Positions 16,813 to 26,560 of a stretch of 42,230 nucleotides of DNA are shown piece by piece (position 1 is the stretch's first letter; the number at the start of each line of letters is the position of its first letter). The position numbers and the translations under genes were made by a program. The DNA comes from a virus. Taxonomy: Duplodnaviria; Caudoviricetes. The DNA is taken from positions 1 through 42,230 of the IMG/VR virus record IMGVR_UViG_3300012940_001448, one strand, 5' to 3'. Under the pieces are notes generated by a model. The model was not told the DNA's origin, did not search any database, and saw only the letters and a program-made list of their open reading frames with translations.

Positions 16813-17807
16813 GGCTTGACCCGCTGAGAGCCGTCAGGGGCGGTGTAGGTCGAGCCAGACGGAAGCGCATTATATTGCTCGCGTGTGATACCGCCACGCG
16901 CCGGCGCTGCCGAAGACGCAGACTGGCCGCCCTGAGACTTGTAATACGTGCCACCGCGAAGCTCGCCAGCCCGCTGCTCATTGAACTTCAGCCGATTATT
17001 GGCAAGGCCAATAGCCCGATCCAGAATCGCCTGCCGGACGTTGTCAGGCTTGCCGACCGAGGCCTGCAGATCGACCAGGATCTTGCGCTCACCTTCGGTG
17101 GGGGCGGCGCCGAAGATTGATTTGAGAGAGTTGAGAGCCTGGCCGAGGACTAGGTTTTCATAATTTGCTGTCGCACCCGCCTTCTCCGGGCTGGAAAGGG
17201 CATCCAGCACTAGTCCGTCTGGCAAGTTGTTGCCAATCCAAGTTCGAACGCCGCTGCCTGCGCCGGCATAAGTCTGCGGGCTTAGTTTCTTTGCTTCCTC
17301 AAGATTTCCGATCACCGTCTTGTTGGTCAGGATCGCTTCGTCGGCATCCAAAATCGCCTTTTTGTCCGTTGCGGTGAGAGGTGCCTGATCCTCGCGAGGC
17401 ATCCGACCGGTCAGGACGAAACTGTTATAAGCTGGATGAGACGGGTCGATGCCAAGGCGCTGCGCTGCCCTCTCACGCTGCGCAACCTGCGCGTCGATGC
17501 CATCAGTCTTTTGCATCAGAGCGCGCTCTTGCAGCGAGTGAGCGCGATCGGCGTTTCTCTGTGCCTGATCCGCTTGCTGCTGCCGGAACTGGAAATCCCT
17601 TTGATTATTGCTGAGTTGAGCCAGTGTCAGACCCATTTGGGGATCAACCGACAGCAGTCGCTGGGTAGCCGTCTCCTGATCGATCTCGCCACGGCCCAGC
17701 TGATCGAGCGTCATCCTCTTGGCGGCGTCATTCTGTGCCGCTCGATAGACCTTCGGCAGATTGCCGAGGGGAGAGAAGTCCAGCGTTGGGACGCGAAGCT
17801 CAACCAT
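16809..17807 (-). CDS. DNA ejection/internal virion protein
   Basis: Q/A-rich helical protein between ejection genes; YNALPSGSTYTAPDG end. Confidence 0.75.
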   Translation of the reverse strand: MVELRVPTLDFSPLGNLPKVYRAAQNDAAKRMTLDQLGRGEIDQETATQRLLSVDPQMGLTLAQLSNNQRDFQFRQQQADQAQRNADRAHSLQERALMQKTDGIDAQVAQRERAAQRLGIDPSHPAYNSFVLTGRMPREDQAPLTATDKKAILDADEAILTNKTVIGNLEEAKKLSPQTYAGAGSGVRTWIGNNLPDGLVLDALSSPEKAGATANYENLVLGQALNSLKSIFGAAPTEGERKILVDLQASVGKPDNVRQAILDRAIGLANNRLKFNEQRAGELRGGTYYKSQGGQSASSAAPARGGITREQYNALPSGSTYTAPDGSQRVKP

Positions 17808-17810
17808 TGA

Positions 17811-18575
17811 TCACCTCAACGGCATCGGGAAGGCAGAGGAATAAGACCACGGAGTATGGGTCGCCCCGGTACCGCCACCAAGAAGAGAAGAGCCACCGAA
17901 GCCGCCGCCCATCGCGTTGGCACCCAGATTAGCGAGCTGCATGCCCATGTTCCAAAGGTTGCCATTCGCCGCCATCGACGCATTCGCCGACTGCGTGGCC
18001 TGCGAATTGATCCCATTGGTGACGTTCGATGCAAGGCCCACACGTTGCGCAGCGTCGTTCGTGTAGAGGCCAGCACGGGCCGTGCCCAATCCCGCAAGGC
18101 CGCCTGCTGCCGTGCTCGTTGCGCTCAGCTCAGGGGCGACGAAGCCGCCCAGCCGGTCTAGCCATGAACCGTATTCCTGATTGGCCATGTTGCCGGCGCG
18201 ATCACTGATCGCAGCAAGCGCATTGCCGCCGATGCCGCCGAGAGCGTTGGCTTTGCGAGCGACGGCATCGGTGGATTGATCGACAGCCCAGTCATAGCCC
18301 GGCCCCGCCTGAAACGCATTGACGGCGCGGGCGTTGCCATCAGCGCCATTGACACCGAGCGCATCAAGCAACATCGACGAGGCGCCGCCGTACTTTGTAG
18401 AAAGAGCCTTCAGCGGATCATAAGCAGCAGTCGCTGTATCAAGAGCGCCAAGGGCTCCGGTCATGCCGTTGTCTAGATACCGCATCCCCTTATCTTTGAG
18501 GTTTTGCAGGCGTATCGTGTTGTCTCTCGCAGCATCCCTAGCCGGTCCGCCAGTAAAAGAATCAAAGAGCCCCAT
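17811..18575 (-). CDS. DNA transfer protein (P22 gp7-like)
   Basis: G/A/N-rich with FQAGPGY motif; position after the gp10-like gene. Confidence 0.75.
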   Translation of the reverse strand: MGLFDSFTGGPARDAARDNTIRLQNLKDKGMRYLDNGMTGALGALDTATAAYDPLKALSTKYGGASSMLLDALGVNGADGNARAVNAFQAGPGYDWAVDQSTDAVARKANALGGIGGNALAAISDRAGNMANQEYGSWLDRLGGFVAPELSATSTAAGGLAGLGTARAGLYTNDAAQRVGLASNVTNGINSQATQSANASMAANGNLWNMGMQLANLGANAMGGGFGGSSLLGGGTGATHTPWSYSSAFPMPLR

Positions 18576-18576
18576 A

Positions 18577-18768
18577 TCAATTCGCTCCCGGCGTCCAGAG
18601 TTTAGTGGTGGCGTTGTAGGTCATGACCTGACCATTGGTCGGCGCTACCGTGCTGACGGCCTCGCCAAGGCTGTTCCGGTTCATGTTCTTGATCAGCTCG
18701 GCAAAATACTGGGTAGGCCGCCCGTCAGGCTTGATCCATTGGAAGTCAGGCTCGACGCTTTTCCTCAT
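18577..18768 (-). CDS. Small virion protein
   Basis: 63 aa, PDGRPTQYF and PTNGQVMTYN motifs; coupled to the upstream gene. Confidence 0.65.
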   Translation of the reverse strand: MRKSVEPDFQWIKPDGRPTQYFAELIKNMNRNSLGEAVSTVAPTNGQVMTYNATTKLWTPGAN

Positions 18769-20180
18769 GCGGACCGAGCCTCTGCAACCATCTCACCGCC
18801 AGTCAGCCCGAAGTGAACCGGGTCTGAGAAGCAGACTTTAATGATGCGCCCCTGCGACCCGGTGATGCCGCATTGATTAACGCGAACACGCTTGTTGCCA
18901 ATGCCCTGCCGGCCCAGCTTTATTCGCCGTGGCGTTGAGAATGTTTGCCCACCATCATCCGACCACGACACTTCGACGGTTGGATCAGTCGCAATCGGGT
19001 CTTCACCCTCGGCATCGCCAACGCCGACTGTGAAATCTAGCCAGATCGATGCCACCCGAAGACGCTGCGGGAAATTCTGAATAGGCGCCGACCACACCTC
19101 GCAAATAAGTGGGTCGCTTATTTCCTTATGAGCCGTCCGTGTAATCTCTACGATATTTCCGGACGCGGTGTCGCCGGCTAGCCACTTGTTATAGGCGTAA
19201 ATCGTTCCTGCGATACGGCTCCGCGGCCGGAGATACGATGGTCGCTCGTGCCACTTGCCGTTGTTAGTGTTAAAGGTCCAAGTCCACGCAGGACACGACA
19301 CCTGCACAAAGGCATGGCCGCGAGAGATGTATGAACACATCTCGATAGTCGTCTTGTCGGTGACGCTTTCGATCAGGCCGTCAAGGTCCGGAGGCGAAAC
19401 CTTCACAGGCTCGTTGCCAACCAGGCGATAGACCCCATTGTCATCGGCGACGAAGTGAACGCCCTTGGAGAACCCGTCTTCAAACCCTGTCACGCAATAC
19501 GGCCCGGCGAGACCGCGCGGCACGACATCGACCAGGCCAAATGGGAAGGGCTGTAGTCCCTGATCATTCCAAATCTCAATCGTCTGGCTGCCCATCATCA
19601 GAAGACGCGAACTCCAGGCAATGACGCGAATAAGCCCGTCAGGCTTGCTCTGCGCGCTCCCAAAGCTCAGGGCATTTACCGCAGTAGAGTTGAGATCGGT
19701 CGCGTAAGCCTTGCCGTCACCTGTGCTAAAGACGAGATACCCATTGAGCGATGTGACAGAATTTACCGAAGGCAGATCGGGGTCAGGATAGGCATTGGTC
19801 ACACCGGAAGCCGTGAACACGGCGATGTTGCCGTCCGGATCGACGAAGACCTTGTCAGGCGTGGCCGCGTTATTCCGCGCAAAAAAGCCCTTTTTGCTGC
19901 CATTCAAGGTTCCGACAGTCGCTGAGGCGCCCCCAGCAATCGAATGCTTTTCGAGAAAGCCGCTGAAGGCGGAATATAAGACCCCCTGAACTTCGATCGA
20001 CCCCCGGTAGCCAGATTTACTCGTCGTGCCCCAGCCAACGAGCCCCGGCGATCGATGTAGAACTGCCGCAGCGCGAGCGCCCTCACCCAACGGCTCGGCA
20101 TAACATCCGTACAAACGACCGGCGCCTTCAGAGGCCTTGAGACCGGGCGAATGCGTCAGCGGGAAGGTGATGGCAACCAT
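18765..20180 (-). CDS. Tail hub / packaged-DNA stabilization protein (P22 gp10-like)
   Basis: SPGL, SAQSKPD, TIEIW, WHER, SWSDDGGQTF motifs. Confidence 0.85.
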   Translation of the reverse strand: MVAITFPLTHSPGLKASEGAGRLYGCYAEPLGEGARAAAVLHRSPGLVGWGTTSKSGYRGSIEVQGVLYSAFSGFLEKHSIAGGASATVGTLNGSKKGFFARNNAATPDKVFVDPDGNIAVFTASGVTNAYPDPDLPSVNSVTSLNGYLVFSTGDGKAYATDLNSTAVNALSFGSAQSKPDGLIRVIAWSSRLLMMGSQTIEIWNDQGLQPFPFGLVDVVPRGLAGPYCVTGFEDGFSKGVHFVADDNGVYRLVGNEPVKVSPPDLDGLIESVTDKTTIEMCSYISRGHAFVQVSCPAWTWTFNTNNGKWHERPSYLRPRSRIAGTIYAYNKWLAGDTASGNIVEITRTAHKEISDPLICEVWSAPIQNFPQRLRVASIWLDFTVGVGDAEGEDPIATDPTVEVSWSDDGGQTFSTPRRIKLGRQGIGNKRVRVNQCGITGSQGRIIKVCFSDPVHFGLTGGEMVAEARSA

Positions 20181-20524
20181 CAGAAGTTATCGAAGCAAAC
20201 GATGGTTTGAGGCGATCTGGTCCGCATGATGTTGCGCAGAGCGTTGACATCACGGTCCCAAGCCACGTCATTCAGGGGGGAACCTACGACCGGGGCGGCA
20301 GCCACGTTGCCCAGCAACCGGGCTAAAACCAGGAATGCCGCCGTGGGGATCTGCTCTTTATTGTCGAAGTATATCGACTCACTGGCCGACAACATTTCAA
20401 GCAAGCTATCGAGCTTGGTGTCAAACTTGGCGTAGTCCTCCGCTGATAAAGCTTCACCGGGACCGAGCGCGCCAATGTCTGACGCGGCCTCTTCAATCAG
20501 CTGCTGCGATGTCTTGAAGCTCAT
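20180..20524 (-). CDS. Head-tail adaptor (P22 gp4-like)
   Basis: LIEEAASDIGALGPGEALSAED pattern; directly before the gp10-like gene. Confidence 0.7.
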   Translation of the reverse strand: MSFKTSQQLIEEAASDIGALGPGEALSAEDYAKFDTKLDSLLEMLSASESIYFDNKEQIPTAAFLVLARLLGNVAAAPVVGSPLNDVAWDRDVNALRNIMRTRSPQTIVCFDNF

Positions 20525-20539
20525 AAGCAGCCCTCAGAG

Positions 20540-20567
20540 AAAAAGCCCGGGCAGTTGAAGCCCGGGC
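20540..20567 (-). terminator. Rho-independent terminator after the head genes
   Basis: GCCCGGGC-7nt-GCCCGGGC then T5. Confidence 0.7.
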
Positions 20568-20574
20568 CTCATTA

Positions 20575-21096
20575 TCAACTTGCCTTCCGGCGGCCGCGCG
20601 GCTTTTCAGGATCTTTGTCGTCCTCATCTTCCTGAGCGGCCTGCAGTTGGGCGGCGGCTTCCTGAGCGCGCGCAACACGCTCAGCCTCGCCTGGAGGGGA
20701 TGCGAAGTGAGTTCGGCCCTGCAGATATTCCTCCGACCGTTCGCGAGCCAGATTGTCCTCGAAAGAGGCTTCGGGCTGCTCCTCCGGCTTTTCATCTTCC
20801 GGCCTTTCATCGCCGTAAGACTTTTCGCCTTCGACCTGGAAGGACGGATTGCCGCGGGCCTTATCGACAAAGCGGCCTTCGACCTCGATCGACTGACCGG
20901 CCTTAAAGGATTTGCCGTAAGCCACGATCTCCTGCGGCTCACCCGGGCCGGGGCGGTAAGTAATCGACGCCGGCTCGGTATCAGTCTGAGCAGTGCCGAT
21001 CGTGTTGATGTAACGCGTCGGCGTCTGAATTGCGCGACCCGTAGGGCGCGGCTTTTCGTAAGCTTTTACTTCGCCAGAAGTGCGAGTTTCAGCCAT
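20575..21096 (-). CDS. Hypothetical charged protein of the head module
   Basis: AGGAG RBS, 173 aa, basic C-terminal tail. Confidence 0.7.
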   Translation of the reverse strand: MAETRTSGEVKAYEKPRPTGRAIQTPTRYINTIGTAQTDTEPASITYRPGPGEPQEIVAYGKSFKAGQSIEVEGRFVDKARGNPSFQVEGEKSYGDERPEDEKPEEQPEASFEDNLARERSEEYLQGRTHFASPPGEAERVARAQEAAAQLQAAQEDEDDKDPEKPRGRRKAS

Positions 21097-21105
21097 CTCA
21101 ATCTC

Positions 21106-21594
21106 CTATTTTAGGCGGGCGAATTGCCCAAACATTTCATTTGCCGCATTCGCATAAGCGACTTGAGCTTGCTCGAGACTTTCGAACCGGCCAAGGTTCT
21201 TGAATTTTCCACCTTTATGGATGTGGGCCATCCACTTCCCTCGGGATCGGTCGAACGCCACGCCCTTCACTCCAGAGGTATTATTTTTTGGGGTAAGGGT
21301 GTTTGCGCAGTTCTGTTCCCGAGACGCCAGCCGAAGGTTTGAGATTCGATTGTCGTCTCGAACGCAATTTATGTGGTCGATCTCCACTGAAGGCCACTCA
21401 CCATGAACAAACAACCAAGCTACACGGTGCGCGAACAGCTTCTTTCTGTTCAAAGAAAGAACTCGATAGCCTTTCTTATCGTAAGTGCCGCATTCTTCGC
21501 CAAAACGGCAAGCTGGGCGGCCTTTAACCGCCCAGCGGAACGCACCAGTCTCGGGGTCATACGAAACTAGAGACTTAATCTCTTGGAGGTTCAT
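21106..21594 (-). CDS. HNH homing endonuclease with AP2 domain
   Basis: YDPETG, AHRVAW, IDHINCVRDDNRISNLR, NNTSGVKGV, LGRF. Confidence 0.92.
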   Translation of the reverse strand: MNLQEIKSLVSYDPETGAFRWAVKGRPACRFGEECGTYDKKGYRVLSLNRKKLFAHRVAWLFVHGEWPSVEIDHINCVRDDNRISNLRLASREQNCANTLTPKNNTSGVKGVAFDRSRGKWMAHIHKGGKFKNLGRFESLEQAQVAYANAANEMFGQFARLK

Positions 21595-21607
21595 GACCCC
21601 TCACTGA

Positions 21608-22051
21608 TTAGTTGGCAGGAAATGGCAGACCCTCGATCTCACGCTTGTTCGCGAAGGTCATCACGATCGTGGCCTTGCCAGTGGTCGCGGCAGTGCCAGA
21701 CTGTGTGTACTTCGCATAAACAACCGTGTTGCTCGCGAGCGGGATGCCGGTCAGGGCGCCAGTCTGGTTGCCCTTGAAGCCGGGCGTACCGGCGACAAGG
21801 TTGGCAGAGGTGGCGAAGCCGTCGTCGTCAGCCGTGGTGCCGACCACGAGCACGTTCGTCGTGGCGGCGTTGAATGCCGTCTCGATCGTGACGTGACAGT
21901 GGAGCGGCACGCAGCCTGCTTCGAGACCGCCGATGGGCACACCATTGGTGCCATCGCCGGGCGTGTCGAAGTTAACAGTCCGGCGCAGATACCCAATGCC
22001 GGTGTCTTCAGGGTGCCTGACAGCGTTTTTCCAGTACGGATTAATAGGCAT
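21608..22051 (-). CDS. Capsid cement/decoration protein
   Basis: TAFNAATTNVLVVGT..ATTGKA; immediately after the major capsid gene. Confidence 0.7.
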   Translation of the reverse strand: MPINPYWKNAVRHPEDTGIGYLRRTVNFDTPGDGTNGVPIGGLEAGCVPLHCHVTIETAFNAATTNVLVVGTTADDDGFATSANLVAGTPGFKGNQTGALTGIPLASNTVVYAKYTQSGTAATTGKATIVMTFANKREIEGLPFPAN

Positions 22052-22065
22052 GGTTCGTGTTCTCC

Positions 22066-23151
22066 TTAATCGCCAGCGGCGCTGAAGAATCCGGTCACCA
22101 CACCGCGCTGCTTACCGAGAATTGCAGTGTCGGAACCGTATCCATAGCCGAGCTTCTTCATGCCCCACTTGCCGATCATGCCGAGGCCTTCGACCTGGTC
22201 ATAATCGTCCATCTGTTCGCGCGAGCGATAGCGGGACTTGATCGCCCAACCCAACGCTTCCTGGCCCATGAGATAGACCGGAGAGACGTCCGAGCCGCCA
22301 TTGCCGATGCCGGTGTAGATCGGCATATCATCGACTTCGTGCAGAACAACGCCATCCCATTCACGGTCGCCGCCGAGGAAGATGCCCTCGTTGCGTTCGA
22401 TGACCGAGACCTTGGCAGTGACATCCTCCGCATCGTTGACGAAATCGCGGAACACGAGAGGATGAGCGAAGGCCACGAAATAACGACGGTTCGACCGGCT
22501 CTCCACGCTGATGGGAGAAATGCGGGGACGAGCCGCCAGAGCCACACGCTTCAGCAGCGAGAGGTTCTTGCGGGTCAGCTGGTCGTTGGTCGTATCGACG
22601 TTGGCCGCCGCCGTGGCGAAGGTGGACGAATAATTCGCTTTCGACGCACCAAACAGCACGCGATCGCTGTTGTTTGTGACCCAGGTGTTCTTCTGGGCAG
22701 CGGTAGCAATGTCGAAGGGTACATCGAGGTTCGTACCAACGTCGCCGAGGCGATCGATGGTCTCGAACTTAACGTCCTCGTCTGCCCAAGTCTTCAGAGC
22801 GCCCCTAGCGGCTTTCCGAAGGTCGATGGCAGCAAGATCCCGATCCAGTTCATGGATCGAAATGCCCTTCTTGCGCATGCGCCAGTAGACGATATCGCCA
22901 TACTCGCCAAGCACATCTTCGTGGCCACGCAGCGGCTGCCGATCCATGATCGAACCGCGCTGCAGATTGGTGATGAACTCAAAGGTGATGCCGTTACCTC
23001 GCTTTGACGCGAAGTCTTCCTTCATCACGATCGGGTTGTTGTTGGTCGTACCAGCGTAAGACGAGAACGGATTGCGCTGGTAGAATTCAGTGCTGAACTG
23101 ATCGTCCCAAATCTGGGGCGTCAGAGCAGCATTTGCCCTGGTTTCAGCCAT
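22066..23151 (-). CDS. Major capsid protein (DUF4043/N4-gp56-like)
   Basis: GNGITF..LRGHED, IDLRKAARGAL, WDGVVLHE, LMGQEAL; follows the scaffold. Confidence 0.85.
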   Translation of the reverse strand: MAETRANAALTPQIWDDQFSTEFYQRNPFSSYAGTTNNNPIVMKEDFASKRGNGITFEFITNLQRGSIMDRQPLRGHEDVLGEYGDIVYWRMRKKGISIHELDRDLAAIDLRKAARGALKTWADEDVKFETIDRLGDVGTNLDVPFDIATAAQKNTWVTNNSDRVLFGASKANYSSTFATAAANVDTTNDQLTRKNLSLLKRVALAARPRISPISVESRSNRRYFVAFAHPLVFRDFVNDAEDVTAKVSVIERNEGIFLGGDREWDGVVLHEVDDMPIYTGIGNGGSDVSPVYLMGQEALGWAIKSRYRSREQMDDYDQVEGLGMIGKWGMKKLGYGYGSDTAILGKQRGVVTGFFSAAGD

Positions 23152-23172
23152 GATGGCTCCTCGTGGCCGCTA

Positions 23173-24006
23173 TTAGCGCGGCATAAGCTCGGAAAGAGGT
23201 CGCGGGCCACTCCAGGTCGGCGCGTTCGATGGGCCGGCATTGCGGCCGTTGAACGACGACGGAATCTGGTTTGGGTCCACCGCGGGTTGCGCTTGGGGTT
23301 GCGGCTGAGCCGGGTTCTGAACACCAAGCTTCTTGGCAACCTCGGCCATAAAGTCAGGATCATCGAGCAGCTTCTGGCGATATTGCGTCAGGTCCCCTCC
23401 GGTCTCGGAAAGAACAGACTGGCGCTTGTGCCATTCGACAGCCTCCGCATAGCGGTTCGGGCTGTTCACAACGCGATGATAGTCCGCAGGATCAACCTTG
23501 CCTTGCTGCAGCGCCGTCATGAACGCTTGCTCTGCGGCATTGACCTTCTCCGCGCCGCCATAGATCGAGTTAGCGACAAGCCGCGAATTGTGCAGCATTG
23601 CCTGCTCGAACTGCTGAAAGCGTGGATCAACAAGCTCCTTGACCTCGCTCTGCACAAACCCCTGCGGGTTTTCGTACAGGTCTGGCCTCGGCGCCGGCTG
23701 TTGGGGTTGCTGTTGCGGACGCTGGAAAGATTGGAACAACTGGTTGAAACGCTGTTCCCACCGTGCGTCTTGATCTGCCATCCTCTGTTCGAAGCTGGCG
23801 ACCTGCTCGGTGTAGCGTTTGACCTTCTGCTTCTCGGCATGAAGTGCAGCGTGGGGCACCATGCCCTGCTGCGGTTGATCACCTTCGCCTTCATCGCCTT
23901 GCGGCTGCTGGGGCTCTGACTGCTGAATTGCAGGCTGCTCGTTTGTCTCAGGCGCAGGCGCATCTTCGCTGCGACCGGACATGATCTCGTCCAGTGACTC
24001 GGCCAT
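23173..24006 (-). CDS. Scaffolding protein
   Basis: VPHAALHAEKQK coiled coil, Q/P rich; between portal and capsid. Confidence 0.8.
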   Translation of the reverse strand: MAESLDEIMSGRSEDAPAPETNEQPAIQQSEPQQPQGDEGEGDQPQQGMVPHAALHAEKQKVKRYTEQVASFEQRMADQDARWEQRFNQLFQSFQRPQQQPQQPAPRPDLYENPQGFVQSEVKELVDPRFQQFEQAMLHNSRLVANSIYGGAEKVNAAEQAFMTALQQGKVDPADYHRVVNSPNRYAEAVEWHKRQSVLSETGGDLTQYRQKLLDDPDFMAEVAKKLGVQNPAQPQPQAQPAVDPNQIPSSFNGRNAGPSNAPTWSGPRPLSELMPR

Positions 24007-24035
24007 AACTTATCCTGTTTGCGTGAAAGGACACG

Positions 24036-24136
24036 TTCGCCCGAAGCCCGGCGACGGCTCATGTTGGAGTGTCATGATCACGGATACGCCCGTTATTGGC
24101 CGGCGGCGCCGTTCGCCCTTAACCCAGGCGGCGGGA
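24036..24136 (-). promoter_or_regulatory. Three tandem pseudoknot-forming repeats in the scaffold leader
   Basis: Units 24112-24136, 24085-24110 and 24036-24060, each S1-CGCC-S1'-GGCG. Confidence 0.6.
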
Positions 24137-24138
24137 TC

Positions 24139-24479
24139 TCATGCGATCCAAGGAAATGCTATCGATGGGTCGGGAACCGTAAATAGACGTGCCTGTCGGA
24201 CTTTGACTTGCGCCACGCCGGCAAGATCAGCCCTCACGCTGAAGTCTAGTCGAGGGCTAAGTGATGTTCTTGTCTCGATCAAAAGCGGCTCGGTCACAAT
24301 CCAACCCGCCATAGTCGTATCGACGATTGGAGACGGCTCAGTGTTATAAGCCGCATTCGTTTGACCTAGCCAGATACTGTCTCGACACGGAGCCTACCGT
24401 CCTGCGTAAGCGTGACCGGCTGCTCTCTGCTAACCTCATAGGCCGGGCCGCTCGAGACAACCTGCCCTGTCATAGGCAT
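24139..24479 (-). pseudogene. Probable internally deleted or frameshifted gene remnant
   Basis: TAATG-coupled 37-aa ORF (MPMTGQVVSSGPAYE..) overlaps an ~85-codon open frame ending ..FPWIA* at 24139. Confidence 0.45.
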
Positions 24480-26560
24480 TAGTGTCGCGCCTCCGGCCTC
24501 TCAGCTTGATGTCTGGCAGCAGAAGCGCGGGCGGCCTGTTCAAGCTCGAACTGCTCGCGAGCGAACTGCATCTTTTGCGCATGTTCTTGCGCTCGGAAAG
24601 ACATTTGCTGTTCGTTCTTCACGCGCTCGGCTTCCGCATCCAGCATAAGCTCCTGGCGCTTGATCTCTATCTGAGCCTGCATATTCTGCTGCTCTATCTG
24701 GGCCTGCTGCTGGGCCTTGGCAGCTTCAAACTCAAGCTCGGCTTTTGCTGCGGCTTCGGCCGGATTGCCTTGCTGGGCCGCGGCTTCTTCCGCCTTTTGC
24801 AGATCCGCCAGCATTTCGTTCTTGTCGCGGAAGCTGGATGCACGGATCAGCATCTTCGGATAGCTGGGCAGCTGGCCGATCGGACTGTTGGCCGCCTGAG
24901 CGAGCATTCCGAACTCTTCTTGCTGCATCGTTCCAACGTTCGGCGCGTCATCAATGATGATGTCGATCTCCAAACTGGCCAATTCATTCTGAAGCACCGG
25001 CTGGCCGGTAGCGGGATCAATTACCGGCACCTGGATTGGCTGCCCCGTCATCGGATCGATGGCTTCTTGCATCGCTGGCGTATTCAGCCCCACCCAGCGA
25101 ATGTTGCGGTCCTCGTCCGTAACCCTGATCCACTCCTCCGCCGTCCAGAACTGACGAATCCGTCGCCAGATCTTGCGGTAGACCTCGTGATCCATGTCCT
25201 GCAGCGTGTCGAAGGTCGGGTTGGCCTCGAGTGCCCCGCCTGCCTGATTAGCCAACACAGCGCGCCCGGAAGCCGATTGCGGCCCCTGCCCGAGCATCGC
25301 AGCGTTCGGGCCTTCCAGATCGCTTTCTTCAAGATTGAGTTTCAGCAACTCCATCTGGCCCTGCGCCAGATCGGTCGTCGGAATGATGCCGAAGTCTTTG
25401 CCCCACTCAGCGCCGCCGATGTCGATGTGACCGTCCGGTTTTGCCAGCTCACGCCGACGGTCTAAAGTGGACTGATCACCCGTAGCCTGATGGTTCCCGA
25501 AGGTCTGCCGGACGCTGACCAGGTGGAGCAGCTTTGACGCCCGCTTGTTGATCTCGTCCTGCGTGTCAATCATGCCGCGAACTTCGCCGTAGCGATTATT
25601 GTCCCGGTCTACCTCGTAGGAACGCCAGGCGTATTCATGCTCCGGGTTGCCGTCGTCGTCCAGATACGGGGATGGCCCAGCCTTGAGAAAGCCCCCCTTC
25701 GTAAACTCAGCGAACTGCCAGACGCCATCGGCGCCGATATAGTACATCTTCACCACGCGCACGCGGTAGCGCTTGTCGTAGCTCACCCAAGTGTAATTCT
25801 TGGGCTTGTCGTCGAACGTGCCACCGACCTGAGCCGACGAGACAGTCTCATCAAAGACCTTGCCGGCGCCCGCTCCGTATTCCCGGATGGCGTCCTGCTT
25901 GTCCATCCAGCGCACCTCACCGAGGTAGCTGGCATCCGAGAAATCTACAGCCGATGAGTATGGATCGAAGAACATCCGATCCCAGCGATTGGCCTCCAGC
26001 TTGATACGCGGATTGGCAGCGCCGGGCTTCATCTCCACCCGAATGCTGACACCACCCCAGCCTGCGATCGACAGATCCTTAAAGGCATCCGAGCGAATGC
26101 GGTCATAGCGGTTGGCGCCGGTCACAAACCTTAGCGCGTCGGTGATATCCTGCGCGTCAAAGTCATGCTTAGGTGTCCGTGGCAGAGCCCGCGGATCTGT
26201 CCGCTTCTGCTGCTCAAGACCTTGGAGATACCGAATCTTCCGCTTGATCCGGTTCTTCGCAATGGCAGGCTGGCCACGCTTGTTGAGCTTCTTGACCTCA
26301 GCGTCAGTCCACTGCTTGCCGTCGAAATAGTCCCTGTCCCTCTCCGCCTTCTCTCGATTTGTCCGGCTGGCGTCTTCCGAGGCCTCGAACATCTCGACAA
26401 TCTTGGTGTGCTCGTCCTTCCAGTTGATCTCAGGAGGCACATAGCCCTGGACAGCAGGGGCGACAGACGCAGCAAGACCCGGCTCACCCACAGGCAAGGC
26501 AGCAGGCACAGCTTGCGTGCCGAATGGCGACTGTCCTTCCTGCAGCTTTGCAATGGCCAT
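24479..26560 (-). CDS. Portal protein (P22-like)
   Basis: DYFDGKQWT, NRIK, FFDPYS, DTQDEINKRASK; long Q/E coiled-coil tail. Confidence 0.9.
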   Translation of the reverse strand: MAIAKLQEGQSPFGTQAVPAALPVGEPGLAASVAPAVQGYVPPEINWKDEHTKIVEMFEASEDASRTNREKAERDRDYFDGKQWTDAEVKKLNKRGQPAIAKNRIKRKIRYLQGLEQQKRTDPRALPRTPKHDFDAQDITDALRFVTGANRYDRIRSDAFKDLSIAGWGGVSIRVEMKPGAANPRIKLEANRWDRMFFDPYSSAVDFSDASYLGEVRWMDKQDAIREYGAGAGKVFDETVSSAQVGGTFDDKPKNYTWVSYDKRYRVRVVKMYYIGADGVWQFAEFTKGGFLKAGPSPYLDDDGNPEHEYAWRSYEVDRDNNRYGEVRGMIDTQDEINKRASKLLHLVSVRQTFGNHQATGDQSTLDRRRELAKPDGHIDIGGAEWGKDFGIIPTTDLAQGQMELLKLNLEESDLEGPNAAMLGQGPQSASGRAVLANQAGGALEANPTFDTLQDMDHEVYRKIWRRIRQFWTAEEWIRVTDEDRNIRWVGLNTPAMQEAIDPMTGQPIQVPVIDPATGQPVLQNELASLEIDIIIDDAPNVGTMQQEEFGMLAQAANSPIGQLPSYPKMLIRASSFRDKNEMLADLQKAEEAAAQQGNPAEAAAKAELEFEAAKAQQQAQIEQQNMQAQIEIKRQELMLDAEAERVKNEQQMSFRAQEHAQKMQFAREQFELEQAARASAARHQAERPEARH

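Noticed and set aside
24366-24368. Stop-codon read-through or alternative genetic code at the TAG after the portal
   Set aside because: The same frame closes again ~23 codons later, and other genes use TAG as a normal stop.
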